Shown here one piece after another: positions 16,483-20,000 of a stretch of DNA of 20,000 bases. Positions within the stretch are counted from its first letter, which is position 1. Each line of letters begins with the position of its first letter. Source of the DNA: an uncultured virus (IMG/VR IMGVR_UViG_3300007511_000013) (taxonomy: Duplodnaviria > Heunggongvirae > Uroviricota > Caudoviricetes); the IMG/VR virus record IMGVR_UViG_3300007511_000013; one strand, given 5' to 3'. The translations under genes were made by a program, and so were the position numbers. The notes below the pieces were generated by a model. It did no database searches, was not told where the DNA came from, and saw only the letters and a list, made by a program, of their open reading frames with translations.

Positions 16483-19400
16483 TTAAATCAGATCTACAAT
16501 TTCACAGCTATTGCCTGTGCACGCAAGGGTTTGAGAACCCCTTGTCATATCTTCCTTTTCAAAGCGGGAAAGAAGGTCCCAATCAATTTCTAGGGGCATC
16601 TTCTGCTTGAGAAGCTCAAGATCCTCCCTTTCACAATCTTGATAGGGTAATTGTGTATAGCGATGTTCACTTTCGTCCTTAGGGAGAAAGGCAATTCCGG
16701 AAACCTCGTCAAAGTGTTCCCAGATCCAGTCTGCCACCTTAAACCACTCATCCTTACCTATATAAACGGTAATGGAGGGCTTGTGCTCACACCAGTGACG
16801 CTGATAAGCGAGCCAGTGATTTAATTGATCAATGGCATTCCTATTGTGGCGCGAACTACCATTATCGCTCTCAACAGGAAAGCTAAAAACAGTCATGTGA
16901 GAGGGGGCCTCTGCTGCTGGCTCATGAGGAATTCCTACATCTTTCATCATGCGGGTAAGGGGATCCTTGTTGTCGGCCCGTACATTGCGTATGTAGAAGG
17001 AGTTCCACCTCTCGTGGATGCCGCTAGCAGAATTAACCAGTTGGCTCACGGTGCCGGAAGGCTTCACGCAAGTAATGGCTGCTGCCGCCTTAATGCCGAA
17101 CTTTGCAGACCACTCCTTGTTCGTATCGATGGCAACCCCTTTAAAATGTTCGAGAGCCTGCTCAAGCGTATAAATGACGCCGTTGTGTTCAAAGGATCCC
17201 TCCACGGAGCGCAATACTTCATGATCCATGATGCCAGTTAGAGAAACTCCCAAGAGACGCTCGTCCTCACAATTTCGTCGCCACTTCTTCCTCAGATAGC
17301 GGAAGTCTACCAGGGTGGCCTGAATGGTGCCGAGAATGGTGGCTAGGCGCACCTTTCTTTCTATCTCTTCGAAGGAATCACCGAGGCGCACCACAACTTC
17401 TGTCAGATTGCAAAATTCGCAGGAGCGTAATAAAATTTCGCTACAATTATGAACTTGAAGTCCATTAGCATCAAACTCATGTACGTCATCTATAGTTGCA
17501 TCATAAACATCTTTTTTGCCCAAGTAGGTAAAAGATTTTACTTTGCAAAAGAATTTTTCACGATTTGGACGTCTCTGATAACTGGAGAGAATCTTTTCAA
17601 GTCGTCGGCATTTTGACGGATCCTTGAAGCCAATAAGAGTATGAAAAAGTTCCATGGAAGTATTTGAAATACAAAGATCATGCATGGCTTTGCACCAATA
17701 AAGCTTGGACCCGCCCTTGCCGTTGGGCAAAAGATAATTACCTTCCGCCTTTCTCTCCTTATATATGGTGGCTTTGATTCCAAGGCGGGCTAGCATGCGC
17801 TGAACCGCCTGCAGTCTTTCGTGATTAGCCTGGCCCAAGCGAATGGACGCACCCTTGATGAGGTCGCCCTGCACTGAACCATCTGCGTCGAATAAGCCAG
17901 AAAGATAGCCTCGGACAAAGTTTGAAGAGGTCATTTCAAGCTGGGGTGAAGCCAGTTTTAAGCTGGAATCTATGCCGACTTGCTGACAAAGCCGGGCCAA
18001 TCCTACGCAGCGAACCTGGTGGGTTTTATTTTCTTTATTATATACGCTGGCCAAATCAGAGCGGTGCTTCACATTGTTTGAGGTCATTTCTAAACAGCTG
18101 GATGACATTGTCTCAGAGTGTTCTCCCCAGAAGCGCACATAAGCACTGTCTGATTTATTTCCGCTGCCTTCAATGTAGCCTCCATTTCCCACGATTTGAC
18201 CTACCAAATATCCCTCTTCGAAATTCCCCGGGCCACCCCACGTATTTCCCCCATGATTACCGAGCATAATTTCATCTCCCGAAAGAAGATCTCCAGCCTC
18301 CACCCAGCCAGTATCAATATTTTGCCGCGTCCTTCTTATAATTTTCTTAACAAGGTGATTTGAGGTAAGATCCAAAGAATAGCCTTCTTGGGTTTCCAGA
18401 CGATAAACTTCCTTGTGTCCTGTGGGGAAAAAACCCGTGCGGCAAGCAAATTGCTCCCCATCCACCATGGCCACAAAGGGGCTATGGATAAGATCTTTTA
18501 CTTGTCGTGGCCCCTCCGAGGTGAGAATCCAGGTGGAGTCTGCCACGCAAGGATTGGTGCCAAAGGCCTGCCCCTCAACTTGTCTGCGCCCCGTCTTCTC
18601 GCATTGGAGCCGAGCCGCCCTTCTATTAAAGATGCCGCGCTCTCCTGAAAAGGAACTATATAGGGCAGCCCACTCTTTCATAAAGGTATGAAGTGGTGGA
18701 CGCCCATTATATACGGCCGAGATGTTTGCAAGGCGCCTATGACCATGAGTATTGGTCCACGCTCCCTGTTTTGCAGACCGCATGTCTCGATCCTCAAGAT
18801 CACCAAGGGAAATTAGTGCAGAGCGTCGTACTCCACCCACAACCACTATTTCAGCAATTTTACAAACGAGATCACTTGCTTCAATTGGGCGCAACTTACG
18901 TCCCGCGGCCTCCTTAAAGATGTTGACTGCAAAGTTAAATAGATCATTAAGCGGCGCCGGCCCACTAGAGCGGCCCCCAAAGGTCTTTAGACGCGCACCC
19001 GCTGGCCGTACTCGTGACAGATCCCACGAGGGAATTAGGCCGGCATATAAAAGAGAAACCAATTCGCGGAAGCCGGCGGCCCAACCAATCTTAGAGTCGC
19101 GCACCACGATGGTGGTGTCAGTTTCGTGGAATTCTTCCGCAATGGTTGGCAGCTCATTTACATAGATGCCTTCCACGCTATAGCCGACACCAGTGCCACA
19201 CATCAATATGTAGAGAATCTCATCGAAGGCACGCACATCATCGACGGCCACATAGGCACAATTGTAGCCCGCCACATGGTCCCGCTGGAGGGCTTTACCC
19301 GCCGTCATGAGGGCCCGCATGGAGGGCATAACTTCGAGACTCATTATTGCTTCGCGCAATTCCTTTTTGGTGCTGCGTGGCACCAGGCCCTCGCATTGGA

Positions 19401-19578
19401 CATCGCACATGAAATCAACATATCGCTGCACGGTCTCTATCCAGTTTTCACGCCTTCCTAGGTCACCGCTCCATCGCGCATATCGGCTCTTGTGGATGAA
19501 ATTTTGGTAGGGGGTAGGTAACTTAGTTTGGGCCTTTTTGGCCATATCTTTTCCGACAGTATTGTCAGCAATACTCAT
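16483..19578 (-). CDS. nrdJ: Class II adenosylcobalamin-dependent ribonucleotide reductase (monomeric-type), intein-containing
   Basis: RRENWIETVQRY, VMPSMRALMTAG, GYNCAY, VVVGGVRRSALI, TNP/CSE, FCNLTEV, TCVKPSGTVS, EHKPSIT, C-terminal ACTGNSCE; no small-subunit gene adjacent in the window; 663 aa after splicing. Confidence 0.93.
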   Translation of the reverse strand: MSIADNTVGKDMAKKAQTKLPTPYQNFIHKSRYARWSGDLGRRENWIETVQRYVDFMCDVQCEGLVPRSTKKELREAIMSLEVMPSMRALMTAGKALQRDHVAGYNCAYVAVDDVRAFDEILYILMCGTGVGYSVEGIYVNELPTIAEEFHETDTTIVVRDSKIGWAAGFRELVSLLYAGLIPSWDLSRVRPAGARLKTFGGRSSGPAPLNDLFNFAVNIFKEAAGRKLRPIEASDLVCKIAEIVVVGGVRRSALISLGDLEDRDMRSAKQGAWTNTHGHRRLANISAVYNGRPPLHTFMKEWAALYSSFSGERGIFNRRAARLQCEKTGRRQVEGQAFGTNPCVADSTWILTSEGPRQVKDLIHSPFVAMVDGEQFACRTGFFPTGHKEVYRLETQEGYSLDLTSNHLVKKIIRRTRQNIDTGWVEAGDLLSGDEIMLGNHGGNTWGGPGNFEEGYLVGQIVGNGGYIEGSGNKSDSAYVRFWGEHSETMSSSCLEMTSNNVKHRSDLASVYNKENKTHQVRCVGLARLCQQVGIDSSLKLASPQLEMTSSNFVRGYLSGLFDADGSVQGDLIKGASIRLGQANHERLQAVQRMLARLGIKATIYKERKAEGNYLLPNGKGGSKLYWCKAMHDLCISNTSMELFHTLIGFKDPSKCRRLEKILSSYQRRPNREKFFCKVKSFTYLGKKDVYDATIDDVHEFDANGLQVHNCSEILLRSCEFCNLTEVVVRLGDSFEEIERKVRLATILGTIQATLVDFRYLRKKWRRNCEDERLLGVSLTGIMDHEVLRSVEGSFEHNGVIYTLEQALEHFKGVAIDTNKEWSAKFGIKAAAAITCVKPSGTVSQLVNSASGIHERWNSFYIRNVRADNKDPLTRMMKDVGIPHEPAAEAPSHMTVFSFPVESDNGSSRHNRNAIDQLNHWLAYQRHWCEHKPSITVYIGKDEWFKVADWIWEHFDEVSGIAFLPKDESEHRYTQLPYQDCEREDLELLKQKMPLEIDWDLLSRFEKEDMTRGSQTLACTGNSCEIVDLI
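17446..18549 (-). mobile_element. Intein (368 aa) with LAGLIDADG homing endonuclease, inserted at the RNR active-site NP|C
   Basis: Starts CVADSTWILT after GTNP, block B LDLTSNH, LAGLIDADG motifs YLVGQIVGNG and YLSGLFDADG, block F VYDATI, ends VHN followed by Cys (residues 344-711). Confidence 0.95.
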
Positions 19579-19738
19579 AAGGTGTCTCCGTCTTTTGGTT
19601 GATTAATACGCCCGCTCCTCTTGTTCTTTTTACCACGGGCACCTCCGAGTGCATCTCTGCACGACCATTATTACACCTTGGGAAGGCCGTCGCATACGCT
19701 ACACTTTTAAGAAAAAAATAGCGAGGGGAAAATTAAAA

Positions 19739-19762
19739 GATACCCCTATTTATTATAGGGTA
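19739..19762 (-). promoter_or_regulatory. Putative promoter/operator: TAGGGGTATC within an imperfect inverted repeat
   Basis: + strand TACCCCTAT-TTATT-ATAGGGTA; 9/10 match to the motif at 5288 and 12285; ~160 nt upstream of nrdJ. Confidence 0.4.
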
Positions 19763-19849
19763 AAAAGGTCAGAAAGGTAAGTTAAAAGAGGCGAAAAACA
19801 GATAAAAAATTCCTCCTGTGTGGCGAAGACCGCAAAGTAATATTAATCT

Positions 19850-19955
19850 ATGTGGCTATGCCGATTATGCGTGACCATCTCATGTAGCTATGTCAGTCAT
19901 GTGAGATCATCTTATGTAGCTATGCCGATTATGCGTGACCATCTCATGTAGCTAT
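19850..19955. repeat. 32-bp tandem repeat, ~3.3 copies, non-coding
   Basis: ATGTGGCTATGCCGATTATGCGTGACCATCTC / ATGTAGCTATGTCAGTCATGTGAGATCATCTT / ATGTAGCTATGCCGATTATGCGTGACCATCTC / ATGTAGCTAT. Confidence 0.9.
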
Positions 19956-20000
19956 ACCTGTATCAATGGAGTGGAGCGTTGATGCTATGCCGGGGGCTCC

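Noticed and set aside
19579..19850. Cobalamin riboswitch upstream of nrdJ
   Set aside because: The GGGAAGG and GGGGAA fragments are on the + strand, opposite to nrdJ, and other core elements are not evident; an Infernal search would settle it.
19850..19955. Mini CRISPR array
   Set aside because: Conserved core is only ~10-11 bp, the intervening parts are related to each other (1 and 3 identical), and no cas genes are present.
1..20000. Stop-codon reassignment
   Set aside because: Genes are full length and tightly packed in the standard code, with TAA, TAG and TGA all used as stops.

Overview
A segment of a tailed dsDNA bacteriophage (Caudoviricetes-like; prophage or free phage cannot be told) with all credible genes on the minus strand. 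In transcription order (right to left): a non-coding region with a 32-bp tandem repeat; an intein-containing class II (B12-dependent) ribonucleotide reductase; a small basic protein; a sigma-70 region-2-like factor with no clear region 4; an AT-hook/Myb-like DNA-binding protein in the small-terminase position; an ERCC4/XPF-type nuclease; large terminase; portal; prohead protease-scaffold; head decoration protein; major capsid protein; a terminator; a GT2-TPR glycosyltransferase with a non-canonical motif; a small fibre/collar-like protein; a terminator; then three fibre/adhesin-like genes (beta-helix, triple LamG, and one running off the window that is missing from the ORF track). Main points of interest: a recurring intergenic motif (TAGGGGTATT / GKGTAWT) that may be the promoter for the phage sigma factor, an ERCC4 nuclease coupled to the packaging genes, a glycosyltransferase inside the virion module, nested LamG domains, an embedded scaffold start, and an intein endonuclease with an Asp-to-Asn change in one LAGLIDADG motif. 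All assignments come from motif recognition and gene order, not database searches.
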